Sequence record: LR756501.1
Direction: 5' to 3' (one strand)
DNA: 64,000 nt
Part shown: positions 20,568-31,092 of the stretch, one piece after another
How the letters are laid out: each line of letters begins with the position of its first letter
How positions within the stretch are numbered: the stretch's first letter is position 1
Translations under genes and position numbers: made by a program
The notes under the pieces: model-generated
The model's database searches: none
What the model was told of the DNA's origin: nothing
Seen by the model: only the letters and a program-made list of their open reading frames with translations

Positions 20568-21359
20568 ATGGTAAAAAATTTTGATAAATTCGTAAGAGAG
20601 GCGTTAGATAATCCTCAAGTTATAGCCAAACCTAAAGTAAAAGGTGGCCCTGATCCACGTAGATTCAATAGTATTATTGATTACACTTATCTTCGTGAAG
20701 ACGCTAACATAGATAAGATTGAAGAGATATGCCAACAGGCTAAAGAGAACGGATTTTATAGTGTTTGTATAAGACCTGATTTCGTATCATACGCTGTTAA
20801 TTTCTTAGAAGGAACAAATGTTAAAGTGTGTACTGTTATTTCTTTCCATAAAGGCGAAGACAAAACACAAGAAAAAGTTGTAGAAACACAAAAAGCTATA
20901 TCTAATGGTGCTGACGAGATTGATATGGTTATGAATTGGAAACTTTTACAGAAATGGTCAAAAGAATCAGACGACGAAAAGAAGAAAGACATGGAACAAA
21001 AGTTATTTGACGATATAAGAAAAGTAGCTGATGTATGCCACGGATCGGATAGTGTTGTATTAAAAGTTATTATTGAGTCTGGCGAATTGACTTTGGATCA
21101 AGTGAAAAAGGCTTGTGAACTTTGTACCAAGGCTGGTGTAGATTTTGTTAAGACTTCAACTGGTTACGCTACAAAAGGAGCTGAAATAGATAAAGTTAGA
21201 TTTATGAGAAGTATATTACCAGACCATATTAAAATTAAAGCCAGTGGTGGTGTAAGAACTTTACAAGATATAGAAGCCTATGTTAACGCTGGTGCCGATA
21301 GAGTAGGAACTTCCTCAAATCCAGCTATTATAGCAGTGGGACAACAAGGAGGTTACTGA
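20568..21359 (+). CDS. deoC: deoxyribose-phosphate aldolase with N-terminal extension
   Basis: IDYTYL, GADEIDMVMN, LKVIIESGEL, DFVKTSTG, IKASGGVR, RVGTSS. Confidence 0.95.
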   Translation: MVKNFDKFVREALDNPQVIAKPKVKGGPDPRRFNSIIDYTYLREDANIDKIEEICQQAKENGFYSVCIRPDFVSYAVNFLEGTNVKVCTVISFHKGEDKTQEKVVETQKAISNGADEIDMVMNWKLLQKWSKESDDEKKKDMEQKLFDDIRKVADVCHGSDSVVLKVIIESGELTLDQVKKACELCTKAGVDFVKTSTGYATKGAEIDKVRFMRSILPDHIKIKASGGVRTLQDIEAYVNAGADRVGTSSNPAIIAVGQQGGY

Positions 21360-21655
21360 TGATAAAGAAATTCCACACATATATAAAAGAAAACGTAGAT
21401 GACTTAGATCCATACGGTGAAGAGGATTGGAACGATCCTTCAGTACAAGATTTTGAAATAGGAGATAAAGTAGAATGTATAGATAGTCAAGGCACATATT
21501 TAGAACAAAATAAAGTTTATACTGTGAAATGGGTAGTTCAAAAAAGAGTACTGGTTGGCGGATATTTATATTTAGAAGACGAACCAATTGTAAATCTTGA
21601 TGGGCGTGTGATTTCAGAAATAGCGTATAAAATGAGAAGATTTAAAAAGACATGA
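21359..21655 (+). CDS. hypothetical protein (DPYGEEDW motif plus SH3/KOW-like domain)
   Basis: DLDPYGEEDWND, FEIGDKVECID. Confidence 0.6.
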   Translation: MIKKFHTYIKENVDDLDPYGEEDWNDPSVQDFEIGDKVECIDSQGTYLEQNKVYTVKWVVQKRVLVGGYLYLEDEPIVNLDGRVISEIAYKMRRFKKT

Positions 21656-21882
21656 TAAAAAGTTTTAACGAACATATAGGTTATCTCGAAGACGAGTACG
21701 ATCCCGAGGAAATTATGGAACTAGTAGGACTACCTAGTGGATTGTATTTTCAAATAAAAAGAAGAGAACACTCTAAGGTTCAACAACTTGTGAATTGGAG
21801 TGAAAGATTAAATTCTTATGTTTACAGGGATAAGGATTACACTAAAATATTATACCTATTAGATTTACCTTCAAAGGAATAA
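21652..21882 (+). CDS. hypothetical protein
   Basis: 76-aa ORF coupled to upstream gene. Confidence 0.55.
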   Translation: MIKSFNEHIGYLEDEYDPEEIMELVGLPSGLYFQIKRREHSKVQQLVNWSERLNSYVYRDKDYTKILYLLDLPSKE

Positions 21883-21936
21883 AAACGGATAAAAATATTT
21901 AATATATAGAGTATAAGTAATAAAAAATTATCAACA

Positions 21937-22758
21937 ATGACTAGAATAATTCAAACATTTACTGATTTTGGTAATAGAAAGTGGAAGGAAAGACTGCCAG
22001 GTGGCAAAGCCGCGGGTAAAGATCCAGATGAATTTGAAGAAGACGATCTTGCAATTGGTACTAAAGTCGAACGTGAACACTCTACAAATCCTGATATAGC
22101 TACAGAAATAGCTATGGACCACTTAGCTGAAGATCCAGAATATTACGATAAATTAGTAGCTTCTGGTATAGCAGATGAAGAAGACGCTGTAAATCTTTAT
22201 GATGAATTAAAGGGTATAAACAATAGAGAGAAAGCTAAAAAAGACATTGATACTTTTATGAATAGTGAAGATGACTATGATGAAGTTGATGACGATGAAG
22301 ACTACGAAGAGGACGAATTAGGAACAGACAAAGTTGATTACGATGAGGATGAGGACGAATTAATCTTCGACGAAGAAGAGCCAAAAAACAAAAGAGAAAT
22401 CATGGAAAAGAGTGTATTAAAAAACTATAAGTCTTTTTTAAAAGAAGCAGCTGAAGAACCAGTAGAACAACCAGTTGAACAACCAGTTGAACAACCTGTG
22501 GCAGATCCTGGTCCAGAAAGAAAATATTCGAAAGAAAATAAATATAAATTTCAGATTCCCTACGAAAAGAAAATAGCTGATAAACTTAATGAATATAACT
22601 TCATAGTTTACGTGCCCGAGGGAGAAAAGGGAGTTGAATCTCCTAAATTTATTATCATTGATATTCTCAATTTGAATTATTCTCTTATTGGTGAGGAAAA
22701 CCCAGATGTAAGACCTATCGATCCATCAAGATTGAAGAATATTCTTGAAAACTTATGA
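21937..22758 (+). CDS. acidic protein with DUF5661-like N-domain
   Basis: LPGGKAAG...GTKVEREH...EIAMDHLAEDPEYYDKL; D/E-rich linker; EQPV tandem repeats. Confidence 0.65.
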   Translation: MTRIIQTFTDFGNRKWKERLPGGKAAGKDPDEFEEDDLAIGTKVEREHSTNPDIATEIAMDHLAEDPEYYDKLVASGIADEEDAVNLYDELKGINNREKAKKDIDTFMNSEDDYDEVDDDEDYEEDELGTDKVDYDEDEDELIFDEEEPKNKREIMEKSVLKNYKSFLKEAAEEPVEQPVEQPVEQPVADPGPERKYSKENKYKFQIPYEKKIADKLNEYNFIVYVPEGEKGVESPKFIIIDILNLNYSLIGEENPDVRPIDPSRLKNILENL

Positions 22759-22799
22759 TGCTCTGTGAAGCCTCTTCATCGAACGTAACAGAGTGAAAG

Positions 22800-22832
22800 A
22801 AAAAACCCAGTCCCGAAAGGACTGGGTTTTTT
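22800..22832 (+). terminator. intrinsic terminator
   Basis: AAAAAACCCAGTCC-CGAAA-GGACTGGGTTTTTT. Confidence 0.85.
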
Positions 22833-22854
22833 AATATATAAAATAAAAACTTTC

Positions 22855-23619
22855 ATGGTAAACGAAAACGCTACTTTAATCTTATCAAAAGAATATCAAG
22901 ATAAGATGACTGATATACTAAATAGATATTTTTACGGTAAAATTGGTATAGAAATAGGTGGACCAAGTATGAGATATTTTAGTAATCCAAAAATGCACAT
23001 ATACGGCGATCAACTATGGCATATACCAGATGGAAAATCTGTGGCAAGATTAGATGGTGTAAATTTTGCTTCTTCAACAGTTTGGACAGGTAAAATAGAT
23101 ACTGAAAAAGGTTTTGTCGTAGAAGGTAAAAGATTAGGAAATCAATACATACTTGACGCTACTGACCTTTCATCTATAAAGGAAAAATATGATTTTGTAT
23201 TGTCTTGTAACAATATAGAACATATAGCAAATCCACTTAAAGCTGTAGAACAATGGTTATCAATTTTAAATGAAGGCGGAGCACTTGTAGTCATTGCACC
23301 TAATAAAGAATCTAATTTCGATCACAAAAGGGAAATTGTAAAATTCGAACATCTGATGGATGATTTTAAAAATGATATAAAAGAAGACGACCTATCACAT
23401 TTGGATGAAATATTAACTTTACACGACATGCAATTACACCCAGTTGAAAATTTTAGAGAAAGAAGTTTAAATAATTTCGAAAACAGGTGTCTTCATCAAC
23501 ACTGTTTCGATTTAAACATTTTAAAAAAAATATATGAAATGTTTGATCTAACAGTTATTTTCACTGCTGATATAGGATTAGATTTTATTATTATAGGCGT
23601 AAAAAAACCCACTCATTGA
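22855..23619 (+). CDS. class I SAM methyltransferase
   Basis: GIEIGGPS, YDFVLSCNNIEHIANPLKA, GGALVVIAP. Confidence 0.8.
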   Translation: MVNENATLILSKEYQDKMTDILNRYFYGKIGIEIGGPSMRYFSNPKMHIYGDQLWHIPDGKSVARLDGVNFASSTVWTGKIDTEKGFVVEGKRLGNQYILDATDLSSIKEKYDFVLSCNNIEHIANPLKAVEQWLSILNEGGALVVIAPNKESNFDHKREIVKFEHLMDDFKNDIKEDDLSHLDEILTLHDMQLHPVENFRERSLNNFENRCLHQHCFDLNILKKIYEMFDLTVIFTADIGLDFIIIGVKKPTH

Positions 23620-23630
23620 GTGGGTTTTTT
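23601..23630. terminator. bidirectional intrinsic terminator between convergent genes
   Basis: AAAAAAACCCACTCA-T-TGAGTGGGTTTTTT. Confidence 0.85.
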
Positions 23631-23686
23631 ATTTGATCAGGGAAACGTGGGATATTCTTCACCTAGGCTCGCGAGACCGTTCACCT

Positions 23687-23735
23687 TTTCAGGCTACACG
23701 TATTTGATCATTATATAGTAACTGCTGTGTATCTC
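23687..23735 (-). ncRNA. ACAGCA-stem element overlapping the DUF2828 stop codon
   Basis: AGATAC-ACAGCAG...GTGTAGCCTGAAA; TACAC/GTGTA pairing; degenerate member of the family. Confidence 0.5.
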
Positions 23736-25171
23736 TCACCGTCAATGACTTTCATCATCAATTCGTAAGGAGTTTCTTTCTTAGGTTCGACCTTTACTTC
23801 ATCTTGAATTTCTTCTCCCTGAAGAATAGCCTTCAAACCACTTGGGCTGAAACCCGATACAAGACCAACATTTTCGTCAAATGCTGATGCTGTTACTTTG
23901 TCCTCTGCTGCTCTAAGGTTCCAGAAGATGATTCTTGGAATCTTATATCCAGCTGCAGCGTAATGAGCTTTCATCATTTCGTAGGCGTTTGCGTTGTAGC
24001 AAGCTTTCGAAGGATCAAACTGCATATCTGATAAGATCAAGATTACTGTTGGCATTTCTGCTTCAGAAATTTTGTTCTCAATTGCTTTGTTAAGCAATAG
24101 TTCAAACGCTGCTTCAAGGTTTGTAGTCCCCTTCCATTCTACTCCTCTGATAGCACGAATCCTTTCGGCGATGCTACCTTGTAAGTACATCATCTTTGGA
24201 TGAGTATGGAAAGTCATGAAAGCGTCCTTGAAAATGCTTTCGTTTCTTTCAGAAATATAAAGACCAAGTGACCAACCCGCTCTCGCTGGTAATCCGCCAT
24301 AGAATTCCATAGAACCCGATGTATCAACCATTGGAAGCAACCTTTCGGTTGATCCTTCCATGTAGTTTGGCAACGAGTACCATTGTGCTTCAATAGCTAA
24401 ATTATCAAATTCTGTCCTAGCTCTTAGGAAAGCGTCGTAAAGTTGGTATGGGTAGATAGCGCTTGCGCACATCTTAGCAACACCACTCTTTACATTTGCG
24501 ATGTATTCTGCGAACCTCCCAGAATCTTTCTTGTAGAAAGCTTTTCTGTACTTGTTCATAGCTACAGAAGGAACGTGTTCGTAGTTAATGCCTTCAAATT
24601 GCTTTGCGCACATTAACTGCTCAACAGTCTGTGATAGCGATACTATCATCTTTCTGTAATCCTTTGGTGTTAAACCAAGAGCCTTACGAACGGTGTTCGC
24701 AACACTTCCCTTTCTTGGCAACCATTTTCCAAGCAGACCGTCTTTACTCTCTAAACCTTGTGCAATCAAAGGCATGTAAATGTCTTTGTTGAGGTGGAAC
24801 AAGTCGTCCCATCTTCCGTATTCTGGAATAAGGTTGATATTCTTTTTCAAATATCCGAGGTAATACTTTTCAAGATAGCTTAAACATACCCTGAAGAACT
24901 TACGTTCTCCAGCTCCACCACGTACGTCTCTCGTCCAGAACATAAGTTTAAGAGCGGTCAAAGGGTCTTCAGCCAAAGCTTTTTGGAACAATCCTTCAAT
25001 TTGGGCGTCTGTCCAATGACGGGCAGCACCTGCCATGAAATACATATCAACGCAAGCGTTTAAGCTGGTTGTGTTGGTTGGCATACCTTTCTCTGTGAAG
25101 GTATCATTTTGTCTTGCGCCATTTACTAATCTTGATGGTGATCCTGCTGGTTTTGTGATTCTGTTTGCCAT
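23711..25171 (-). CDS. DUF2828 family protein (TROVE/Ro60-like helical domain plus vWA)
   Basis: RDVRGGAGERK, EYGRWDDL, GKWLPR, VPSVAM, MIDAS VDTSGSM, LSDMQFD, IIFWNLR, VSGFSP. Confidence 0.9.
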   Translation of the reverse strand: MANRITKPAGSPSRLVNGARQNDTFTEKGMPTNTTSLNACVDMYFMAGAARHWTDAQIEGLFQKALAEDPLTALKLMFWTRDVRGGAGERKFFRVCLSYLEKYYLGYLKKNINLIPEYGRWDDLFHLNKDIYMPLIAQGLESKDGLLGKWLPRKGSVANTVRKALGLTPKDYRKMIVSLSQTVEQLMCAKQFEGINYEHVPSVAMNKYRKAFYKKDSGRFAEYIANVKSGVAKMCASAIYPYQLYDAFLRARTEFDNLAIEAQWYSLPNYMEGSTERLLPMVDTSGSMEFYGGLPARAGWSLGLYISERNESIFKDAFMTFHTHPKMMYLQGSIAERIRAIRGVEWKGTTNLEAAFELLLNKAIENKISEAEMPTVILILSDMQFDPSKACYNANAYEMMKAHYAAAGYKIPRIIFWNLRAAEDKVTASAFDENVGLVSGFSPSGLKAILQGEEIQDEVKVEPKKETPYELMMKVIDGERYTAVTI

Positions 25172-25188
25172 AATTTTTCGTTTTGTTT

Positions 25189-25225
25189 TTGCAGAAAACT
25201 CTGTTAAGTTTGCTGTTCGTTTTCT
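25189..25225 (-). ncRNA. ACAGCAA-stem element in the DUF2828 5' UTR
   Basis: AGAAAAC-GAACAGCAA-ACTTAACAGA-GTTTTCT-GCAAA; perfect 7-bp stem. Confidence 0.7.
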
Positions 25226-25386
25226 TCTAATTCTATTTCTTCATCTACCCAAAAGTATTTATCTCTGGGACAATAACCCTTTGATTTATACTTGGTTTCT
25301 ACTTCACTTTGGGCTTTTCTTTTACTATTTCTACCCTCCTGATAAACCTTATCTTTGTGGGTATATTTCCTATGAGTCTTAGCCAT
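25204..25386 (-). CDS. small basic hypothetical protein
   Basis: 60-aa K/R-rich ORF between rtcB and DUF2828. Confidence 0.6.
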   Translation of the reverse strand: MAKTHRKYTHKDKVYQEGRNSKRKAQSEVETKYKSKGYCPRDKYFWVDEEIELEENEQQT

Positions 25387-25387
25387 T

Positions 25388-26428
25388 TTAAATTTCTGTA
25401 AATTTAACTGTTACAATAGGTTTAGTTTGAGTTACTTTTTTAAGAAATGGTTGATCTTTTAAAAGAGTGTCTGTGCTTTTGTAAGCGAAGTCGAACTCTT
25501 GTAAGTAACCATTTGGGAATTTTCCATCTCTTCCCAACATTTCTACGAAATTTTGCTCATATATTTTCTTTTCTTTTTTCTTTAATGAGTGCCAGTGTTT
25601 CAGAGTATCAGTTCTGCTGAGTTTTCTCCCAGCTCCGTGTGCACACGACCAAAGGTTTTCACTCATATCAACCATCGGTTTTGGTGCCACTATTAAAGTT
25701 CCTCTAGTCATTGATAACGGAATAGCGACTTGAGTTCCATCTAATACTGTTGCTCCTTTTCTGTGAATAGCTTTCTTACCATCTACTGTGAAAACATTGT
25801 GAATTGAATCATTCACTTCGTAATTCACTTTATTGATATAACCATTGTGAATAAGGAATTCAAAAGTTTTTGTTACAAATTGTAATCTTCTTGATGTTCC
25901 AGAATTAACAACCTTTGAATATTTTTCATTTAATTCATCAGTCCACATTTCAATAGGTAAACTGTTTCCTTTTACTCCTTCATCAAAGTTGAAATCATCT
26001 ATCAATTTTAAGAAATATTGATACATATAAATTCCAAGATTTCTTGTCCCTGTGTGGCAGATAATATAAGTATAATCATCGTCACCGTCTTCAATTGAGA
26101 GGAAGTGATTTCCTCCACCAAGTCCTTCATCTGTGAATGTTTGACTTACTTTGTTAAATGCGTTATAGTGTTCAAATTTATTAAAAGGTTTTCTCCAAGC
26201 TTTTGAAGGGAATCTTAAAAACATAACACCACATCCAACGTCTTTACCTGTAACAAGAGGGAAGAATTTATCGGTTGAGGAAAATGTAACTCCAACAGGA
26301 ATAGCTCTCTCTGAACAGTAGTGAATATCAGGGAAAACGCAGATTTCGTCCATCTCATTTTCTGTTGCCAGTATGAGGTCGGTTGCGTTTTTTTCTATTT
26401 CGTCTTTATTACAAAAATACTTAATCAT
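25388..26428 (-). CDS. rtcB: RtcB family RNA 3'-phosphate/5'-OH ligase (compact)
   Basis: PDIH, GKDVGCG, GGGNHF, HTGTR, HN, HRKGAT, HGAGR. Confidence 0.9.
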   Translation of the reverse strand: MIKYFCNKDEIEKNATDLILATENEMDEICVFPDIHYCSERAIPVGVTFSSTDKFFPLVTGKDVGCGVMFLRFPSKAWRKPFNKFEHYNAFNKVSQTFTDEGLGGGNHFLSIEDGDDDYTYIICHTGTRNLGIYMYQYFLKLIDDFNFDEGVKGNSLPIEMWTDELNEKYSKVVNSGTSRRLQFVTKTFEFLIHNGYINKVNYEVNDSIHNVFTVDGKKAIHRKGATVLDGTQVAIPLSMTRGTLIVAPKPMVDMSENLWSCAHGAGRKLSRTDTLKHWHSLKKKEKKIYEQNFVEMLGRDGKFPNGYLQEFDFAYKSTDTLLKDQPFLKKVTQTKPIVTVKFTEI

Positions 26429-26438
26429 AGTACCCTCC

Positions 26439-26555
26439 TTACCCTTGTCTCTGTTTGAACTTAGGGTTCTTTTTACATATTACATACATAACACCGTGAC
26501 GTTTCACGATCTTACAATCTTCACTTCTTTTCTTAATTGATGCTCTTACTTTCAT
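26439..26555 (-). CDS. rpmJ: 50S ribosomal protein bL36
   Basis: [38 protein letters not shown] (38 aa); AGGAGGT SD just upstream of ATG 26555. Confidence 0.95.
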   Translation of the reverse strand: MKVRASIKKRSEDCKIVKRHGVMYVICKKNPKFKQRQG

Positions 26556-26566
26556 TTTATACCTCC

Positions 26567-26662
26567 TTAGAAAAATTTTGCGCCGTTTAATATTAAAATA
26601 ACTGTTATCACAATTACTATAATAACACCAACGCTCCACTGTCCTTTTTCTTTTTCGTTCAT
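26567..26662 (-). CDS. small single-pass membrane peptide (31 aa, not in ORF track)
   Basis: Manual translation [31 protein letters not shown]. Confidence 0.55.
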   Translation of the reverse strand: MNEKEKGQWSVGVIIVIVITVILILNGAKFF

Positions 26663-26664
26663 TT

Positions 26665-26856
26665 TTATTCTTTATCAAATGGTTTATACTCTTCCCATCC
26701 CATTAATTCGTGATGTTGTCTCATACAATCTTCCCAATCAATCCCCTCAATGGTTCTTATAATTTTAGCATCATCACCAACCCAAATTTTTGTGTTAGGA
26801 TCATTTTCTGTAACAACTGATACAGAAACTTTATCTTGCCAAACTTCTACTTTCAT
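26665..26856 (-). CDS. hypothetical protein
   Basis: 63-aa ORF in operon. Confidence 0.6.
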   Translation of the reverse strand: MKVEVWQDKVSVSVVTENDPNTKIWVGDDAKIIRTIEGIDWEDCMRQHHELMGWEEYKPFDKE

Positions 26857-27149
26857 TCGTCTAAAATTTTAATAACTTTACCATATATTGCTTTGGTCCA
26901 TCCATTGATGCCACCGCGATTATTACCAATCAAAACTCCTCTTTTAGGATTGGTTGCTTTTACTAAGTGTGTGTAATAGTTACCTCTGACTTTACAGAAA
27001 ACTATATCACCATCTTTTACCTTAGTCCAGTCTGTCGGTTCTAATACGACAGGTTGCTTAGACTTTAGAATTGGTAACATCGAGTTACCTGCTTCCTTAG
27101 ATGTGATGGTTTCACCACTTAGTAATTTTTCAACCTTCCAATTTAACAT
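26853..27149 (-). CDS. S24/S26 peptidase-like small protein
   Basis: GNSMLPILKS, GDIVFCK, HLVK. Confidence 0.55.
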   Translation of the reverse strand: MLNWKVEKLLSGETITSKEAGNSMLPILKSKQPVVLEPTDWTKVKDGDIVFCKVRGNYYTHLVKATNPKRGVLIGNNRGGINGWTKAIYGKVIKILDE

Positions 27150-27247
27150 AATTTTAATCTCCTCTAAAACTTACAGTTTAAAAGATGTACAGGAATAACA
27201 ACATACGGAGATTTCGTGCCTGAAACGGCATTCATTAAAGAAAAAAA

Positions 27248-27302
27248 TCTCGGATTACGTTTGTTGCTGTTGCCTATAGCTTTTTATTGCTGTAAGTAAT
27301 CC
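27248..27302 (-). ncRNA. ACAGCAA-stem element with two motif copies
   Basis: GGATTAC-TTACAGCAA...CAACAGCAA...GTAATCC-GAGA; perfect 7-bp stem. Confidence 0.7.
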
Positions 27303-27313
27303 ATAAAAACTTT

Positions 27314-27349
27314 TCCAGGATACAGACCGTTTTTTCGAAAACGGTATCT
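27314..27349 (-). ncRNA. variant stem element lacking ACAGCAA
   Basis: AGATAC-CGTTTTCGAAAAAACG-GTCT-GTATCC-TGGAAA. Confidence 0.4.
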
Positions 27350-27384
27350 TAAAAATATTCACATTTTTTGTCTTTTGTGGAAAC

Positions 27385-27467
27385 CTAGGTGAACCTTAAA
27401 ACCACTTCGTAAGTATAGCCGGAGCTATTCTTTTTTCATATTTCTATGATTTGCTGTATGTAACCTT
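27385..27467 (-). ncRNA. ACAGCAA-stem element
   Basis: AGGTTAC-ATACAGCAA...GTTCACCT; imperfect stem. Confidence 0.55.
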
Positions 27468-27545
27468 CAAGTTTAATATTGTAGTATATAAATTATCTAT
27501 TAGTATTACGTATATATTTAGTCAAAAATGTCATTTTTTTCCATT

Positions 27546-27755
27546 TTAGTTGAAAGTCTTGAACAACTGACCACTTCTGTTGACTAAAACCACTTTACCA
27601 TTACTTAACTGAATCTGAACGGTTCCGTCGTCACCCATAAAATCAGCCCTAGTGGCGTCACCTTTGGTGTAGTAAGTAAAGGCTTTCTGCCCACTCATGT
27701 TGTAAAGGAAAACATTTCCTTCAACTAATCTAACGATTCCTACTGGATTTGCCAT
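27546..27755 (-). CDS. hypothetical protein
   Basis: 69-aa ORF. Confidence 0.55.
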   Translation of the reverse strand: MANPVGIVRLVEGNVFLYNMSGQKAFTYYTKGDATRADFMGDDGTVQIQLSNGKVVLVNRSGQLFKTFN

Positions 27756-27922
27756 TTTGTGTAAAGTTTAATAGATTTATATTAATCGATTTATAAAAAG
27801 TTTAAAAAATTATAAATAAAGCTACGATTATTCCTATTACTACGAATGATATAATTGTGGACTTCACAGAAGAAAACATTACATCACCAAGATTTTCTAT
27901 GATATGTGATATTATTTCCATA

Positions 27923-28180
27923 TTACCAAACGTTTTCAATATTTTTCCAAAAATCTTCAAATGATTCTTTTCCGTAAGTCCATTTGAAACCGTCTTTATG
28001 TCCTAAAAATGTTCCACCTGTGAAATCTCTGAATTTGGCAGACACATTATAAAAACAACCATTTATAACACGATCTCCAATTCTAATAAATATCTGAGTA
28101 ACCCCACCATCTGTGAATTCAACATAATAACCCATCTGTTTGAAAAAATCACCGACTACAATTCTTTTTTCTTTCCGCAT
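27923..28180 (-). CDS. hypothetical protein
   Basis: 85-aa ORF downstream of a TATCTTTG promoter. Confidence 0.55.
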   Translation of the reverse strand: MRKEKRIVVGDFFKQMGYYVEFTDGGVTQIFIRIGDRVINGCFYNVSAKFRDFTGGTFLGHKDGFKWTYGKESFEDFWKNIENVW

Positions 28181-28206
28181 GGTTTTTCATTTTTTAGTTT
28201 ACTATA

Positions 28207-28214
28207 CAAAGATA
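28207..28214 (-). promoter_or_regulatory. Bacteroidota sigma70-type -7 element TAnnTTTG (also 33189-33196, 35136-35143, 45912-45919, 50611-50618, 56933-56940)
   Basis: TATCTTTG/TATATTTG/TAAATTTG in intergenic DNA upstream of minus-strand genes. Confidence 0.65.
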
Positions 28215-28283
28215 CGACAAAATTCGTTAATAACAAAACTTATCTCATTAATTTTTCTATAATGAAAGTAAAAATAATTTTAA

Positions 28284-29486
<1,203 letters not shown>

Positions 29487-29725
29487 GAAAGCCATAACTC
29501 TTTTATGGTCCCAGCCGCGAATAAGTTTATAACAATATTCTTTAGATAAACCTTGTCTTAAACGAAAACGGTAAGCGTAGTATTTTAAAGGATTAAAGAA
29601 GATCCAACTTGTGATTTCCAGATTTGTTTTCATGTTTCTCATTTTTATGTGAATGTATTTGATGAAAATGCACAAATAAAAATATTGATGTGCAAAAGAT
29701 TAATATTAATAAAGTTTCTATCATA

Positions 29726-31078
29726 TTAGTAAATTAAATTATTGTTTCTATATCCACTAGATGTATTTAACCACCAGTCTTGATATTGTGTTCCGCTTGA
29801 TGTTACCCAATCTCTGAAATGTAAATAAGCATTTGATATATCTGCATTTTCAACTGGATAATTGAATGTGCCATAAATATCTAATCCCCAAGGTAAATTT
29901 GTCGCTGATTTATAATATTTTACACCTATTTGGGTATCGTCGTCTCCAGTTCTAAAAAATGAAGGATCAACTAGTTCTGTTGGTGTATAGTTAGGTAAAT
30001 GAACTTCGTGTCCTCTTACTCCACTTACTACGATAAATGGGTTCCAATTTTGAATACTCAACTCTTGTAAAGTAACAGTATTGACGTCAGAAAATTTAAT
30101 ATGAACGTTAAAAGTCTTCCAAGGACAACTTGGACCGCCTTTTATAGTATTCCACTCAGCCATAAACTTATGACTATCATCAAAGAGTATAAATGTCGCT
30201 TTTGTTGGATTTCCCGATTCAGTGCCATTTGAGTTAATACTATAACCAGTTTGATCTCCAACACCAGTTACACTAACAATTGAAGAAGGTGTTGTTGTTA
30301 ATTGAAAACCAAATCCGTTATGCATTCCAGCACCATTTGCCCTTACAACAAAAGTAGCATATATATCTTTCACTTTATGAGATTGTGTATAAGAAACAAT
30401 TTTAAATTTATATCCCATTACTAAATCATTCATATCGTAATCTCCGTAATTGGGCCAAAGGTCTTCAAATGCTAATGTTGAGGTATCAGAAGCTGGGTAA
30501 TAATTTATAGTAGTATCTGGCGGTGTTGGTGGAACGTAAACATTACAATTATTAGAAGGATCAGAAACATTAACTCCTGGAATTATGATGTTGTCTAACT
30601 GTCCTCTTGAATTACCAGCACCATTACTAGTCCATTGCCATTTCACTTTATGAATACCCGTTGTGATATTAACAAAACTTGTATGTGTTGGAGTGCTATT
30701 AGTATAAACACCTGTCCATAAAAGAGTTTGTACAGAACTTTGATTTACTATATAAACCTTCAATGTTCTTTGTCCATCAAATGATGGTACAGCGTGATCA
30801 AAAACTATATTACCTGCTGATAAATTTGTCCAAGGACTTTCTAAAACACAACTCGTTGTGGCTCCAAGATTATCTGTTTCCATTACAAAAGTACCGTTAA
30901 ATCCTTGATTTGCATTTGCCGTTACTTTAGTGCCAAAATATGTACTATTTGGACCTATACCCCAGCAGTGATTATAATAGTATAACCAATTACCGTCTTC
31001 AAAATTGTTTGTTACTGATTGGCCGAAACCAAATAAACTTACTAAACTTAATAAGGTTATTAATAATATCTTTTTCAT
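29726..31078 (-). CDS. exported LruC domain (DUF4842-like) protein
   Basis: Signal peptide; TLAFEDLWPNYGDYDMNDLV, HNGFG, GHEVHL, LPWGL. Confidence 0.85.
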   Translation of the reverse strand: MKKILLITLLSLVSLFGFGQSVTNNFEDGNWLYYYNHCWGIGPNSTYFGTKVTANANQGFNGTFVMETDNLGATTSCVLESPWTNLSAGNIVFDHAVPSFDGQRTLKVYIVNQSSVQTLLWTGVYTNSTPTHTSFVNITTGIHKVKWQWTSNGAGNSRGQLDNIIIPGVNVSDPSNNCNVYVPPTPPDTTINYYPASDTSTLAFEDLWPNYGDYDMNDLVMGYKFKIVSYTQSHKVKDIYATFVVRANGAGMHNGFGFQLTTTPSSIVSVTGVGDQTGYSINSNGTESGNPTKATFILFDDSHKFMAEWNTIKGGPSCPWKTFNVHIKFSDVNTVTLQELSIQNWNPFIVVSGVRGHEVHLPNYTPTELVDPSFFRTGDDDTQIGVKYYKSATNLPWGLDIYGTFNYPVENADISNAYLHFRDWVTSSGTQYQDWWLNTSSGYRNNNLIY

Positions 31079-31092
31079 GTTTTTATTTTTAT

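Noticed and set aside
22450-22500. 12-bp tandem repeat (GAACAACCAGTT-like) as a diversity or phase-variation device
   Set aside because: It is in frame, encodes a simple EQPV linker and has only three to four copies.
26439-26678. 79-aa version of the bL36 ORF
   Set aside because: A strong SD precedes the internal ATG at 26555, bL36 is 38 aa, and the extension overlaps a better small ORF in another frame.
27181-27470. CRISPR array
   Set aside because: Repeats are short, covarying stems with irregular spacing rather than identical direct repeats, and no cas genes are present.
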